The notes under the pieces are model-generated. The model was given only the letters and a program-made list of their open reading frames with translations, did no database searches and was not told where the DNA came from. A program made the translations under genes and the position numbers. DNA of 64,000 bases from Octopus bimaculoides. Its lineage: Eukaryota. The stretch lies in NCBI RefSeq assembly GCF_001194135.2, contig NC_068984.1, positions 68,021,235 to 68,085,234 of the forward strand, read 5' to 3'. Below are positions 50,134 through 63,495 of the stretch, in pieces; within the stretch, counting starts at the first letter, position 1; each line of letters opens with the position of its first letter.

Positions 50134-50185
<52 letters not shown>

Positions 50186-50827
50186 TATTACGAGAAGGGG
50201 TGCAACAAATATCAAATATTCCAGTTATGCAAAACAATCATTTAAATGAAAGCCATATCTGATTATTCAATGGTGCTGAGATTTGAGCTTCGGCCAATGT
50301 TGATTAAAGTAATTTACAGCTCTTATGAAATCAATAAAATAAGTCTGGTCGGTGTTATATAAAGAACTTATATTGCTGAGGGATTGCTGCTACATCTAAT
50401 CCTAAGTAGCAATTCTATAAGTCTGTTATTAATAGTCTGTGCCTACAAGGTAAAACAAATCAATTTATTGAGTGTGTAATGTTTTTGTATATAACCAAAT
50501 ATATGTTTGTTTTTTTAACAGTGTTTCTTTCTTTTTGTTATTAGATCTACTTTATATATATCATATTCTTTTCAGATGCTTGCTACTTAAGACAGCTTAT
50601 ATAACATGTATGTAAAGTAAAGGGAATAATTTCAATCACCCACCAAACAACTGTATCATCATAATTTCTATTAAGGATATAAAGGCAGACGCATATTGGT
50701 TCTTTCTGTTTTTTGCCTTTTGAGACAGATAGAAATATAGACAGATACATGTGAAAGAATTCCATATGATAGAAATACATATTGGCACACACTCACATGC
50801 ACACACATACACACACATTTTCACATG

Positions 50828-50869
<42 letters not shown>

Positions 50870-52559
50870 CAACAAGGTGTAAATCAAAAGAATTGAGAAA
50901 AATTTAAAGATTACAATGTTCCCCAACAAGCTCCCATCTGTCAGTAATGACCATAAATGAAGGGCGAAGCTGTCCGCCCTACTGAAATAGCAATCAATGT
51001 CTATGGTTGAAGGGCCCAATGCAAAAATAGCTGTCTCTGCCACTCTAGCTTCACTTGTGGGCTGTCCCGAAGCTGTTTGAGTTGTAATGTTCATCTGCAT
51101 TTTTGTGTTATTCCCCTCCCCCGTTATAGAATGTTCAATAGGATCCAAGCTCGAGCAGTATCACAGAAAACAGGTTATTGCCTATGCAGCAAGTGCCCCT
51201 TTCTTTCTATCACTGATGGCTCCAAAGGACCAGTATGTTCATTATAATTTGGTCCTAGTGTCACAGTAGGTGTTGCCAAAACAAGGTTGTAGACAATGCT
51301 GAACTGCCTCAGGGGCTCTGACTCACGATTTACTCTGAGGATTTTTGCCCCAAACCCAAAAGCAGCAGAGGTGTGGAATATATGTGTGTGTGTGTATGCA
51401 CTCACACACACACAATAAAACTAGACTAACTAAATGTCACTCAGAAGATGCAAATATATATATATATANNNNNNNNNNNNNNNNNNNNNNNNNNNNNNNN
51501 NNNNNNNNNNNNNNNNNNNNNNNNNNNNNNNNNNNNNNNNNNNNNNNNNNNNNNNNNNNNNNNNNNNNNNNNNNNNNNNNNNNNNNNNNNNNNNNNNNNN
51601 NNNNNNNNNNNNNNNNNNNNNNNNNNNNNNNNNNNNNNNNNNNNNNNNNNNNNNNNNNNNNNNNNNNNNNNNNNNNNNNNNNNNNNNNNNNNNNNNNNNN
51701 NNNNNNNNNNNNNNNNATAACATAAATAATATATAATTATATGCATATATCCATACATATATGTACATACCGACATCTATATGTATACATACAAGCATAT
51801 ATGGGTACAAGACATCACAAAAAAACGTTAAACACAATGAGAAATGAAAACATAAAGACAAGGACAGAAACCAAACTTTCTTTCTGAAAAACGGAAAAAT
51901 AAACAAACAAACAGAGAAACGAGACATGCAACATACAGTCCATGCTCTACAGTGATTGGTATCAGGATGAGCATCTAGCTAGAGGCACCATGCTAAAACA
52001 AACAGACTGATGTATGATCCAGTCCTTGGAGACAGTGAATCCTGTCAAACGGTACAACCCATGACACTAGGGAACATCAACACATGGACTTTAAATGATG
52101 ATGCTGATGACGACGACGACGATGATGAGACGGTGATGATGCATATCTATATATGTATATACATGTATACTTAAAGACGTATGGAAACATAGTCAAGTGC
52201 ATTCTTTGTCTGGAATCCAAATCATAGACTCTGTAATAACTTAATGCAGTGAAGCAAGCAATTTTAATCAATTAAAATTATCTATGAATAGAATGTGGAC
52301 GACTTAGAGGGCATGAAATTGAATCTTGGCATAATGGTGAGAATACTGGACATATCGTTACTTTGCTTTTTAGGTCAGCTCCGAAAATATAGTCATTATC
52401 AGAACTGCCAGATAAGGATGACTTGTCAGACATAGATAGAGAGTGCTTGTGAATAAACATTGAGTGTTATGATAACTTTAAACAAGAACGAGGGAAATTA
52501 TCCAAATAAACATGAATCCATGTGTGTGCATGATAGTGTACATGTTAAGTCTTTATGTT

Positions 52560-52728
52560 TGGGCATGTGTGGCAAGAAGTTTGCTTCCCAGCTACATGAT
52601 TCCAGGTTTGGTCCCACTGTGTAGCATCTTAGACAGTAGTTGTTTTCTACTATAGTCTCAGGCAGACCAAAGCCTTAAGTAGATGGAAACTGAAAGACGC
52701 TCAATGTATATATGCATACATATATATA
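52560..52728 (+). mobile_element. SINE family A, 5' half
   Basis: GGCATGTGTGGCAAGAAGTTTGCTTCCC...GGTTTGGTCCCACTG...GGAAACTGAAAGACGC(TA)n. Confidence 0.8.
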
Positions 52729-53241
52729 TCTATAATATAAATTGAACATGAGCGACCGTTGTACTCTTTCTTGTCTCGAGGTTCACGGCCCAACGGCTGG
52801 ATGGATTTGCGTGAAAAATGGCACACATGTGGAGACGGGTGCATAGACTGGAATGCACTTTATATTTTTTCCTAACCCCCATAGTTACCGAGAAAATCGA
52901 TTAAAACAACCTGTATGCGCACGTGTATGTGAGTGTGTGTATCCGAGGATGAGCATCTTCTCGGAAAGTTCCAATGATGGAACTCCCTGGGAAGTTCCAA
53001 GGATTTTCTGGATAGTTCCGATGGTGCTACTTCCTGGAAAGTCCGATGGTGCTACTTCCTGGAAAGTTCCGNNNNNNNNNNTGCTACTTCCTGGAAAGTT
53101 CCGAGGAGCGGGAGCAATTACTTCCTGGGAAGTTCTGAGGTGGGTAATTGCCTCCTGGAATGTTCCAAGGAATTGGAGGAGGGGAGGAATGCATATATGT
53201 ATGAGGCCCTGATAGTTACTCGGTAACCTCACTGTTGCTAG
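52729..53241 (+). mobile_element. Helitron-like non-autonomous element with an internal ~25-bp minisatellite
   Basis: A|TCTATAATATAAA 5' end. 3' hairpin GTTAC-TCG-GTAAC (53215-53227), 10 nt before CTAG|T. Internal GATGGTGCTACTTCCTGGAAAGTTCC repeats. Higher GC and CpG than the flanks. Confidence 0.65.
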
Positions 53242-53242
53242 T

Positions 53243-53410
53243 TCCACATAAAAGCATCCAATACATTAGGAAGGGCATTCAACTATAGAAACCTTGCCAA
53301 AGCTAACAACGGATCTTGATGCAGTCTTTTGATTTGCCAATTCCTGTCAAACCATCCTACCTCTGCCAGTATGGAGAATGGATAAGAAATGATGATTATG
53401 ATGATGATGA
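53243..53410 (+). mobile_element. SINE-like family B tail
   Basis: CCACATAAAAGCATCCAATAC...GAAGGGCATTCAACTATAGAAACC...GAAATGATGATTATGATG. Confidence 0.65.
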
Positions 53411-54384
53411 CATACATGTGTGCATGTGTGTGTGCATGTGTGTACATGTCTATGGATGTATACTTAGAAAGTTTTCTTGTTTATTCAGCATTAGTCAGTT
53501 TCTGTATGTCTTTATTGAACTACAAAATTGAAACAAATGTGAAGGAAAGGCGCCAATTAAAGAAACAATCAGGTAGAACAGCTCCTTGAGGAATGACATC
53601 GGTGTTTGACAACTCGACTATATGATGTAAACAAATCGAGCATTCATCTGAATAAGGAATATCATGCAAAGCGACTGATACCTTCAAATAAGTAAGCAAT
53701 CTCTTACTTTTTAAAGATTATAATATCAATGCTTTAGCTTTCTTTGCTATCACATCTATGACTCAAAAAAAAAAAAAAATTAAGAACAAAAAAGCAACTA
53801 GCAAACAATGATATATAAAAGAATTTTACCCTACCTATAGAAGGCAATAACATCTTAGATATTTTTAGAAGTTTCAGGCAAATAACATTAAAATTATTTC
53901 ATCTGTACCATGTCTTTAGATCAATTTTATGTCTGAGCTTTGATCAAAACTATAAAGCATGCTTAAAACTGTTACCATGAAAAATATTCTAAGGCTTATT
54001 GCTAGAGTATTTTTATGTTAAATAATCCCAAAAGTTGTTGGATTCTTCTTTCTTTTTTTTTTCCCTTTTGTTTTTTTTTTTTTCGGTTCCTTTTAAAGAC
54101 AAGCTGGCTGTCTTTCTGAAGTCAGTGATCACAGTGATCAAAGCTTATCAATGCCAAAAATAATGTAATCAACTTCTTATCTGCCACGTGCAGTTTTCTT
54201 CTTGTTCTTGTGGTTATTATTATTCACAGATAAAACAAAAAAAAAAAATTGTATATAAACTAAAGAAAATTCTATCTACTGCACAAAGTTATTGAAACAA
54301 GAAAATAGAAAATAAAACACCTAGTCAGAGTAACTTAATTCTGGAGTTCAAAATTAAGCGCTACAGACACATACGGCAAAAAGG

Positions 54385-54417
<33 letters not shown>

Positions 54418-54693
54418 GTTGCTAAATCACAAAGTTAGCAAGATATCAAATATTTGAATCAAGAAATAACATTCAGTAGACATTAGCAAATATCTGCTAA
54501 GAATATTAATATGGAAAGCTAATTTACAAGCAACAGTACTTATGAAATCTCTATGGAATACGGTTTAATAGAATAGAAGTGAAAAAGCTTTTTAATTTTG
54601 CATTCTTCTTCTTCTGTATGCTGAAGTAGAATGAAATGAACAGGTGTGCAATTTTGAACATTAATATAAATCTTTGGAGGAGAATCTTTTCAG

Positions 54694-54771
54694 CTGTACT
54701 TGGATGATATTAGTTTCAACACATTTTATCATAAGATGGAATCAGATGCTGGTTTCTTGCTAAAAGTCAAG
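54694..54771 (+). CDS. Candidate exon, phase 0-0 (LYLDDISFNTFYHKMESDAGFLLKVK)
   Basis: GAATCTTTTCAG| acceptor, AAG|GTTAAG donor, only one frame open. Weak. Confidence 0.12.
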
Positions 54772-55134
54772 GTTAAGAATTTTCAATTACACTGAAATTA
54801 ATATCATCATGAACACCATTTGGATGGATGTTTAGAGAGAGAAAGAGAGAGGAGAGAGAGAGAAACTGTGCAGAAGCTTGTCATATATGCGTGTGTGTAT
54901 GTGTGTGTGCATGTACATATGTGCATTTGTGGGTGTGTATTATGTTAATTTTTTTACATATATATACTGTTGTAGATTGGTGCATTGTCTTGCATCATTT
55001 CAGGCAAAATAATGATAACAACAATTAAAACTGCTTTAAATTTTGGCACAATGTCAACAATTTTGAGGGAAGGGGTCAGTCAATTACACTGACCCTAGTG
55101 CTGTATGTATGTATACACACACACGTATATATAT

Positions 55135-55532
55135 ATTCTTTTATTCTTTTACTTATATCAGTCATTTGACTGCAGCCATGCTGGAGTACTGCCTTTAGAT
55201 GAGGAAATCAACCCCAGGGCCTATTCTTTGCTAGCCTAGTGCTTATACTATCAGTATATTTTGCCAAACTGCTAAGTCACAGGGACATAAACACACCAAC
55301 ATTGATTGTCAAGTGATGGTCGGGGGACAATGACAGACAGACACACACACACATATATATACATATATGTATGCGAAGGGCTTCTTTCAATTGCTGCCAA
55401 CCAGATTCACTCATAAGATGTTGGTCTGCTCGAGGCTATAGTAGAAGACACTTGCCCAAGTTGTCACTCAGTGAGACTGAATCCGGAACTATGTGGTTTG
55501 GAAGCAAGCTTCTTACCACGCAGCCATACCTA
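55135..55532 (-). mobile_element. SINE family A, full length
   Basis: Colinear with 35347-35816. Confidence 0.9.
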
Positions 55533-55634
55533 CACCTGTGTACGCATATCAGGGATTACAATATTTGGTTGTTATTTCTAGCCAGTCATAGTCTGTGTGT
55601 GTGTGGGGGGGGGTAGGTATTTATGTATGTATGT

Positions 55635-56032
55635 ATATATATCTTTTATCTTTTGCTTGTTTTTGTAATTAGACTACAGCTATGCTGGAACACTGACTTG
55701 AAGAATTTTAGTTGAACAAATCAGCACCAATACCTAATTTTTAAAGACTGGTACTTATTCTATCAGTCTCTTTTGCCAAAATGCTAGGTTACAAGGACGT
55801 AAACACACCAACATCAGTTGTCAAGCAATGATGGAGGACAAACACAGACAAAAAGCACACACACAGACACATATATACAACGGGCTTCTTACAATTTCTC
55901 TCTACCAAATCCATTCACTAACGCTTTGATTGGCCTGAGGCTTTAGCAGAAGACACTTGTGCAAAGTGGGACTGAACCCAGAACCATGTGGTTGGGAAGC
56001 TAGCTTCTTATCACACAGCCATACCTACACCT
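55635..56032 (-). mobile_element. SINE family A, full length (tandem with the previous copy)
   Basis: Colinear with 35347-35816. Confidence 0.9.
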
Positions 56033-59000
56033 ATACTACATAATGAATAACAAGGGTACAGGAATTTAGCTTTATTAGCTCACACTTAGCTGTTGCTGCT
56101 ACAAGAAGCAGTGCACTCAGAGGTGAATGCATGTGCAACATTCTATAGCTTCGTCAGAGCCATTGAAATGTTTATTTTGTAATGTGCTTAAATTGCTGAT
56201 GGTATATCATAACATATTTAGTGCCTTATTTAATGAGTTATGAATTTTTTTTAAATGATTGAAAATTACAGCATCAGAGTATGAGATAAAATACCTTGTG
56301 GTATTCATTATGTCTTTTTAAGTTCTTTATTTAAATCTCAAGCTGAGCTTTGTTTTTAATCATTCAAAGACCAATAAAAGGTAGATAAAGTACCAGTAAT
56401 GTTTTGGGTTTGATTTATATGACTATACCCTCCTTACTAAATTTGTGAGCCTTGAGACAATACTAAAAATCAATAGCTAACCATAACCCTCTACCTTTCG
56501 AATTTAATTTCTACTCAGATCAGCAGTTTGCTTTCATCCTTCTGGTGTTGATAAAATATGTATTGATAATATATTTGGGTCAAATCATTCGTCTATATCC
56601 CAATATATCCCTCCTCACACAAATATCAGGTCTAAGGAAAGAAATCAATATTCCTTTAAACATCACAACAATTCAGTTCCATTTTACGAATAAGATATCA
56701 AGAAGTAGGCAATAACTTCATTATTCTAAAGGATATATGTGATAATCTACTTGTGAATTCTTTTCAAGACGGAAATAAAAGATTTTGCATACAATAGAAT
56801 CGTTTGATGATTGTTGAATTCTAAATAGTTACTATTGCTCAAGAAGTACAGGTCAGGCTCAACAGATTAGGGGCTAAAGGTCTCTAGAGAGGTTTCACAC
56901 ATGTAAGTCATTTGTTGTACAACTGATTTTACAGTTTATACTGTGTAGCATAGCACATAACACATAAACACTATCAGACCATGTTTTAGATGCATTGTTT
57001 GGCTATATTGCATTGTGGGAGTTTGTATGCTGACACAAAAGTCAGATCACAGGATGAAGTTTCTTGCTTTATCGTTTGGATCAAGCTGACCTCTGCTTTT
57101 ACATAGAGATAAGCATTTAGAAATTCAGATAAGATAAGCAACACAAATAAGTAAAAGACTAAGTGATCTTTAGATTTAATATAATAGCATCTTCATATCT
57201 TTTGCTTTCTCTTCTGTTTCACTTCCAATTTTATTTTCCTTCTCTTACTTTTCTTTCTTACAAATGTTTCTATTTTAATTCCGTGGTTTATAACATCCTA
57301 GCTGATGTTATAAAGAACTGAAGAAATGAGAGGGGGAAAATAAACAGCAGTAACGACAACAATAACAACAGTGACAACAATAATATACAGGGAAGCAAGT
57401 GTTTGGTGCAGGAGAGTCAGGAAAGAAAAAAAATGGTGGAACATTACTAATTTGTTTCCTGCATGCAGAAAAGATACTGACATTAGGAAAGGTGGGGTGG
57501 GGGGATTGAATAAATAGGTGGGTACTAACTGGGTACTAAAAATCATAGGGTGATGGTGGCGTTAGCTAGAGGGAATGAAAAATAGAGTGAGAGGTGGGAC
57601 AGGGGAGAAAGAGAAATAAGAAATGTGGGGGAGGTGGGAACCAAAAGGAACTAAAAAATGTCCTAAGAATAGAAGCTAAGTGAAATAAAAATAAACAAAA
57701 AAGTGATATAAAAATAGAAACCCCCCACTAAAAGAAAAAACAAATAGAATTTCAAAAGAAAAAAAAGAAAACTAAAGCTAAAAAAAAAATAAATGCAAAA
57801 GAAAAAGTAAATAGATAAATCCTTGTTAGCAGTCAAAGAAATACATCAAAATAAAGGAGACTCTGGGGAGAATGTTGACTGATAATGTTTGGAGGTGGGG
57901 GATGAGAGGGATGGGATGGGGAGAAGAAAAAGAAGGAAAGGAATGAAACAAAGAATAAAGGTGAGGAAGAGAGTATAATTGGAAGAGATCCGATAAAAGG
58001 GAGAGGAAAAAAAATTGAGGGAGAGAGAGAGGGGGAGGGAGAGAGAGAGAGAGGGAAAGACAATCAAGGAAGTTAGGAATAGTATAGGTGAGGCTAGGAT
58101 TGGCTTAGTTCTCAATAGCAGGGAGGGTTTTCTCTGTAAAAGACAAGATGAGACAAATAAAGGAAAGGCAGAGAAAGAGAATGCAAGAACTAGAGACTGG
58201 TGGTAAGGGGGCGGGGGTGGTGAGTTCGGATGTAATTTCCTTCAAGTTGGATGGCATTATGTGAGGAATTTTGATGCAGCAGTAAATTTTCTTTTTTAAA
58301 TTTATATTCTTTTTTCTTTTCTTCCCTCTTTTCCTTTTACTTTCTCCCTCTGCTTTTCTTTCTACCTTGTTTTTTTCTTTCATTTTCCTCTTATTCTCTT
58401 CCTTATAAATTCTCTGTCATTTCCCCCCACCCCCACCCCTATCCCAGCCAGCCACACACACACACACACACACACATGCATGCACACATTCTCTCTCTGA
58501 CACTTCTTTTAGCAACAAAATTATATCATCACCTCTTGCTAAACATAAAGAAACTTGTTTCATTTGTGTTTACAATCAATTGATCCTTAATTATCACAAC
58601 CTCATTAAGACAGAAAATTTAACTTTCAAATCATATGAAGTAAAAATAACCATTACTTTGAAAAAGGAAAGAAGACAAAAAGATTTTTTTTTAAATGAGA
58701 GGAAAAAAGAGAAAGGATCTTACACTTGTTAGTCAGAACGTTCTCTTAAATTTGTTTGTAATAAATAAAAGCATGAGTTTTATTAAACATTAAATGTTTG
58801 AAGATGAACCAATGAAAACACTCCTATTCATTCTCTTCAATTGCTCAATATAGCAAGAAAATCTCCTTCAGTAAAATCTTTAATGGAAAAATGACAATAT
58901 TCTTTTTTTTATTTTCAGAAGAGGATAGGTAATACTCATGACCTTAACAAGACTTTCTCAAATTTGTCCTTCATTAGCAAAGGCATAGAGTTGTGGAGAA

Positions 59001-59629
59001 GATGAAAGTGGGAATGCAATTGTACTTTGGTTACAGGAGTGAAGTTGCATAAAATTTCCTTTAGCTTTTCATATTTATTGATTAACATGGTAGCACCAAA
59101 ATTATCTCTGCAGCACCACTAACTGCTGTAAATGTAAACCCTTATTATACCACTGTTTCATGGTGAGTCCACATAGTGGTGGTCGTGAAAGGAGGGATTG
59201 GTGTGGCTCACAATATGAAACCTTCTTTTCTGACCTTTCATCATAGCTGACTTTAAAAAGAGAGGTGGTGGAGAACAGAAAGGGGAGGTAAACAACTCTA
59301 GTACTTGACTGGTACTTAATTCATGAAAAGGTAACTCAACCACAGTGGGATTTGAACCCAGAGCACAGAGAGCCAGAACATATAGCATAAGGCAGTAACA
59401 GTAGTTTGATAATGAAAATGGATTGACTGGACTGCAATTATGGAGAGCAATTAATACTTTATTTTCACTTGATTAAACCACATTCATTTATCAGGGCAAT
59501 GGAACTTAATAACAACAATAACAGCAATAATACCAATAACAACAGCATTTGTTGATCGTCAAATGTTGTTGCCATTTCTGTTATTGTTATTACTAATGAT
59601 ATTTTCAATATTAACAATTTCCAAGCCAA

Positions 59630-59805
59630 CAGCTTAGTGGCATTTCATCCATCTTTTACTTTCTGAGTTCAAATTCTGCCAAGGTCAGCTTTGCCTTTCA
59701 TCCTTTTTGGGGGTCAATAAAATAAGTACCAGTTTGTACTGGTGTCGATGTAATCAATTTACCCCACCCCGCTAAATTGTGCCAAAATTTGAAACCAATA
59801 TTAAG
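59630..59805 (+). mobile_element. SINE family C copy
   Basis: TTCTGAGTTCAAATTCTGCCAAGGTCAGCTTTGCCTTTCATCC...ATAAGTACCAGTT. Confidence 0.8.
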
Positions 59806-59889
59806 AATTTGCACAGACTCACAATGGTTATAATAGTTTAGAATAAGCAGATTAAAAGAGAGGGAAAACATAAGTAGGTAAATAATTCT

Positions 59890-60101
59890 TTCTACTATTG
59901 GCACAAAGCCTGAAATTTGGGGAAGAAGATAGTCAATTACATCAACCCCAATACTCAATTGATACTTATTTTATCAAAGTCTAAAGAAGGAAGGACAAAG
60001 TCAACCATGGCAGAATTTGAACTCAGAATATGAAGACAGATGAAATATCGCTAAGCATTTTGCCTGGCATGCTAAATGAATCTGCCAGCTCATTGCCTTT
60101 C
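59890..60101 (-). mobile_element. SINE family C, near full length
   Basis: GGCACAAAGCCTGAAATTTGGGG...GGCAGAATTTGAACTCAGAAT...GCTAAGCATTTTGCCTGGCATGCTAA...CTGCCAGCTCATTGCCTT. Confidence 0.85.
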
Positions 60102-60454
60102 CTTAGGTAAATAATGTTTACAATTCATCCTCATAGTATGAGCACATCTTTAGAAAATATAACCTTTTCTATTTTCACTTATTTTCAAAATAAAAGGTAC
60201 ACATTGTTCTTCTTGAGTTATTTATTCGACTATTGCTATGCTAGACAATGTCTCGAAAGGTTTAATTGAATAAATTGAACCTGGCACCTATATTTTTCTT
60301 TCATTTTTACAGTTGATTCTTATTCTGTCAGTTTATTTCACTGAACTGCAAAGTGCTGAATGTGCAAACAAACTAATTCCAATTGTCTGGCAGACAATGA
60401 ATAAACACAAATACATGCGCAAACATAAGCATGCACACATTGTCATCGTTGTTG

Positions 60455-60660
60455 TCATTATTATCATTATCGTTTTAACATCCACTTTTCCATGCTTGCA
60501 TGGATTGGATAAAATTTACTGAAGCAGATTTTCTACAGCTGAATGCCCTTCCTGTTACAAACCTTCACCTATTTTCAAGGTAATGTTCCCCTAAGGCTAG
60601 ACATGGTTTCCCTGAAGATTGGAAATTACGGACACTGTTTGCATGACTGTGACCCTTGTT
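60455..60660 (-). mobile_element. SINE-like family B tail
   Basis: TTTTAACATCCACTTTTCCATGCTTGCATGGATTGGA...GAATGCCCTTCCTGT. Confidence 0.7.
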
Positions 60661-62656
60661 GATAAGGAGCACATGAACTCAAGGCATGTAACACACACAC
60701 ACACACACACACATGATAGGCTTCTTCACAGTTTCCTTCTACCAAATTCACACTCAAGGCATTGGTCAACGTGTGACTACAGCAGAAAACACTTTCCTAA
60801 GGTACAACGCAGTGAGATGGAACCTAAAACTGCATGTTTGTTTGTAAAACTTCTTAATCATGTAAACATGCTGGAGCTTATTATATTTTCACTACATTCT
60901 GTATAACTATTGGCAGTCATTCTTGTTTAACCCCAAGATCATCCACCAAATAAAAACAAAGCAAATAAAATAAAAAATAACCCCCCCCTCCCCACCAAAA
61001 ACAAAAAAACATTAGACATATGATCAGCTCTTTTTACTTTATTACATTGCTAAATGTATTCTGCCAGTCTTTACAAAGACTAGAGTGTTGTCTGAATGAC
61101 ATGGCTGATACTTTTAGCAGGTCGGACAAGCATTGACAATAAGAGCTCCCATGTCGTCTTGATGAAATAATAGTTATTGGGAAAAATATTGGTTATTGGA
61201 GTCAGTTGATATATCTCATTGCGTTGCTCTTTTACGTTTTATATCATAAGAAAACAAAAAAAAAAAAAAACTCTTCTATTTTTATTCCATCATCCACATG
61301 TCTCTGAAATATTTCGATATTTCTTTTATGATGTACATAAAATTAACAAATAAAAGACGAAGGCTTAAGAACTAATTGGTAATATCTCCAGCGTGATTAC
61401 GCAAGTAAATCTAGATGCACAGATTTCAGCGATGCTAAAATGGATAATTTCACATGTTAGCAGAGAAGGTCACAGATTTTGTATGTGAGGGGATTGAAAC
61501 ATCTACAAGATATCAAGATTTCCTTTTTGTTTTTTTAAGATAGAGGCAATATCAAGGATAATTGAACAAATTGAACAAAGACAGGATGATACTATTTGAA
61601 CCATTTTTTGATCATAAAACTGCTCTCTCTCTCTCTCATTCTTTCTTTCTTTCTTTCTTTCTCTCCCTTTCTCTCTATCTCTTTCATAATATATACATAA
61701 ACACACATACACATATACATGTAAATATAAATATGTGTATGTCTATGTACCTTTATTTGTATTTAGCAGAAGCAACAGAGTGACTCAAAGGCTGGCAATT
61801 TCATGCATTGGCACTTTTGATTTTGAGCCCTATTTTTCTTGTTTGCATCATTCTATCTATAGATAGAATATAGATAGAATATATCCATATATAAATATAT
61901 CCATAAATATGCATATACACACACACATGCGCGCATGCACACACACACATGTATGTGTGTATATATAAGTCAGATGGAGTAACGCAGTACACATAACCCT
62001 TTCAAAAACCTCTAAAACTGGAGAAGAGGAGAATTTGTCCTCAAATGCATGTCCCAAATGTTTGCAAGATTGGAATCAATTAAAGATACCCAATAACCAA
62101 GTAGTGGTGGTAGTGTTGGTGTAAACCCTTTGCCTGTCTAAAGCATTTTCATAAATTTGTCCTTAGCATCCATGCTTGTTTTCATATTTTAAGCTAGGCC
62201 TTGTTTCATACGTTCTGAGTAATCTAAAGCTTTCCTTACTATAATGGTTGAAAAAAAAACAGGAATATGTATTATATTCGATGCATGGATGTCAGGAATA
62301 TATTGTGTGTGTCATACATGATATATTGGACAAATTAAAGTTTGAATAGTGTGTCAGGCTAAGTCTACTACCTTATGGTCCCTCCACATAGTTTCCAACT
62401 ATGAAATTACATGCAAGCTAACAGAAAAGTTAGACTTTGTAAGTAGCAAATTCATAGGTATGGTTAGCCGTAGGTACATCAATGAAATTAATTCTTTCAG
62501 CCGTTCAGATGGTTTTGTAGAACTTCTGTTACTTTAAATGACAAGTTAACAGTGGGAGGGTTCTTCCAAAAACAAAGAAACCAGAATAAGATTGTGCAAA
62601 AAAAAAAAGCTCTTGGCGCTAATACTTCTGTAGAGTAAAGAAGTACAATGTAATCC

Positions 62657-62838
62657 AAAGTGGAAGGATCCTGGAAAACAAATAGACCAAGGAAGGCTTT
62701 GGAAGACGTAGAGAAGATTGATCTTAAGAGGCAGAACTTCATGCAGCAAATGACAAAGGTAGCAGGAAATATGCTGAGCTGGAGAAGACACATCCAAACA
62801 GTGAATGCATAGAGAAACAGATTTGAAATAATGATGAT
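62657..62838 (+). mobile_element. RTE-like LINE 3' remnant
   Basis: KVEGSWKTNRPRKALEDVEKIDLKRQNF...* resembles the RTE ORF C-terminus (VEG...GRPRK.W...V..DL), followed by a short (GAT)n. It may extend upstream to about 62350. Confidence 0.45.
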
Positions 62839-63495
62839 GGCATTTTGTTCTTGCACTCTGTTCAATAATTTTATGCTATTATCAAAGAATTTAAGACTTT
62901 TCTGCAGTGGCAGAGAAAAAGAATGCAAGAATATTTGGTACTTCTTCAGGAACTACTAAAGTTTACTGAAGATCAATATGTCCAAATTCCTGGCAAATAG
63001 CATGAAACCAGTGTACAGGCACAAAATATATTTACCATACTCTCAAGACTCTGCAAGTTCATATCAAGTATTTTATCATTTTACATGACAAAATAAAAAA
63101 AAAAATGTAGTGTCTAAGCAAGTTGTTTATACTACATACACAGACACACAGACACACATATATGCATACACACAAATATGTACACACACACACATATATA
63201 AACATATTCATGTATAAATTGAAATTTACATAAAAATCAATGTTTTTGCGTAAAAAAAAAATGACAGATTTGAGAAAGCAACGTAACTTTTTATATTTTC
63301 TTCTCATTTAAAGGAGTGTTTTAATAAAGTATATATTACATATTTCTTTGATCTTACAAAAATTATTTTATGCACTGAAATAATAAAATGAATATCGAAA
63401 ATTGAGAAGAAAAATAATGCAATGAAATCTGAAGTTAAAAAAAAAAAAGAAGCAAACTTGGAAATTACAAAAGAAGCGAATGGTAAAAACATGGT

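Noticed and set aside
4301-61440. A full minus-strand gene model chained from candidate exons (52.4, 46.9, 38.3, 29.5 or 20.1, 14.7 and 13.6 kb)
   Set aside because: Several alternative phase-compatible chains can be built and none gives a recognisable protein. This is expected by chance, so no model is proposed.
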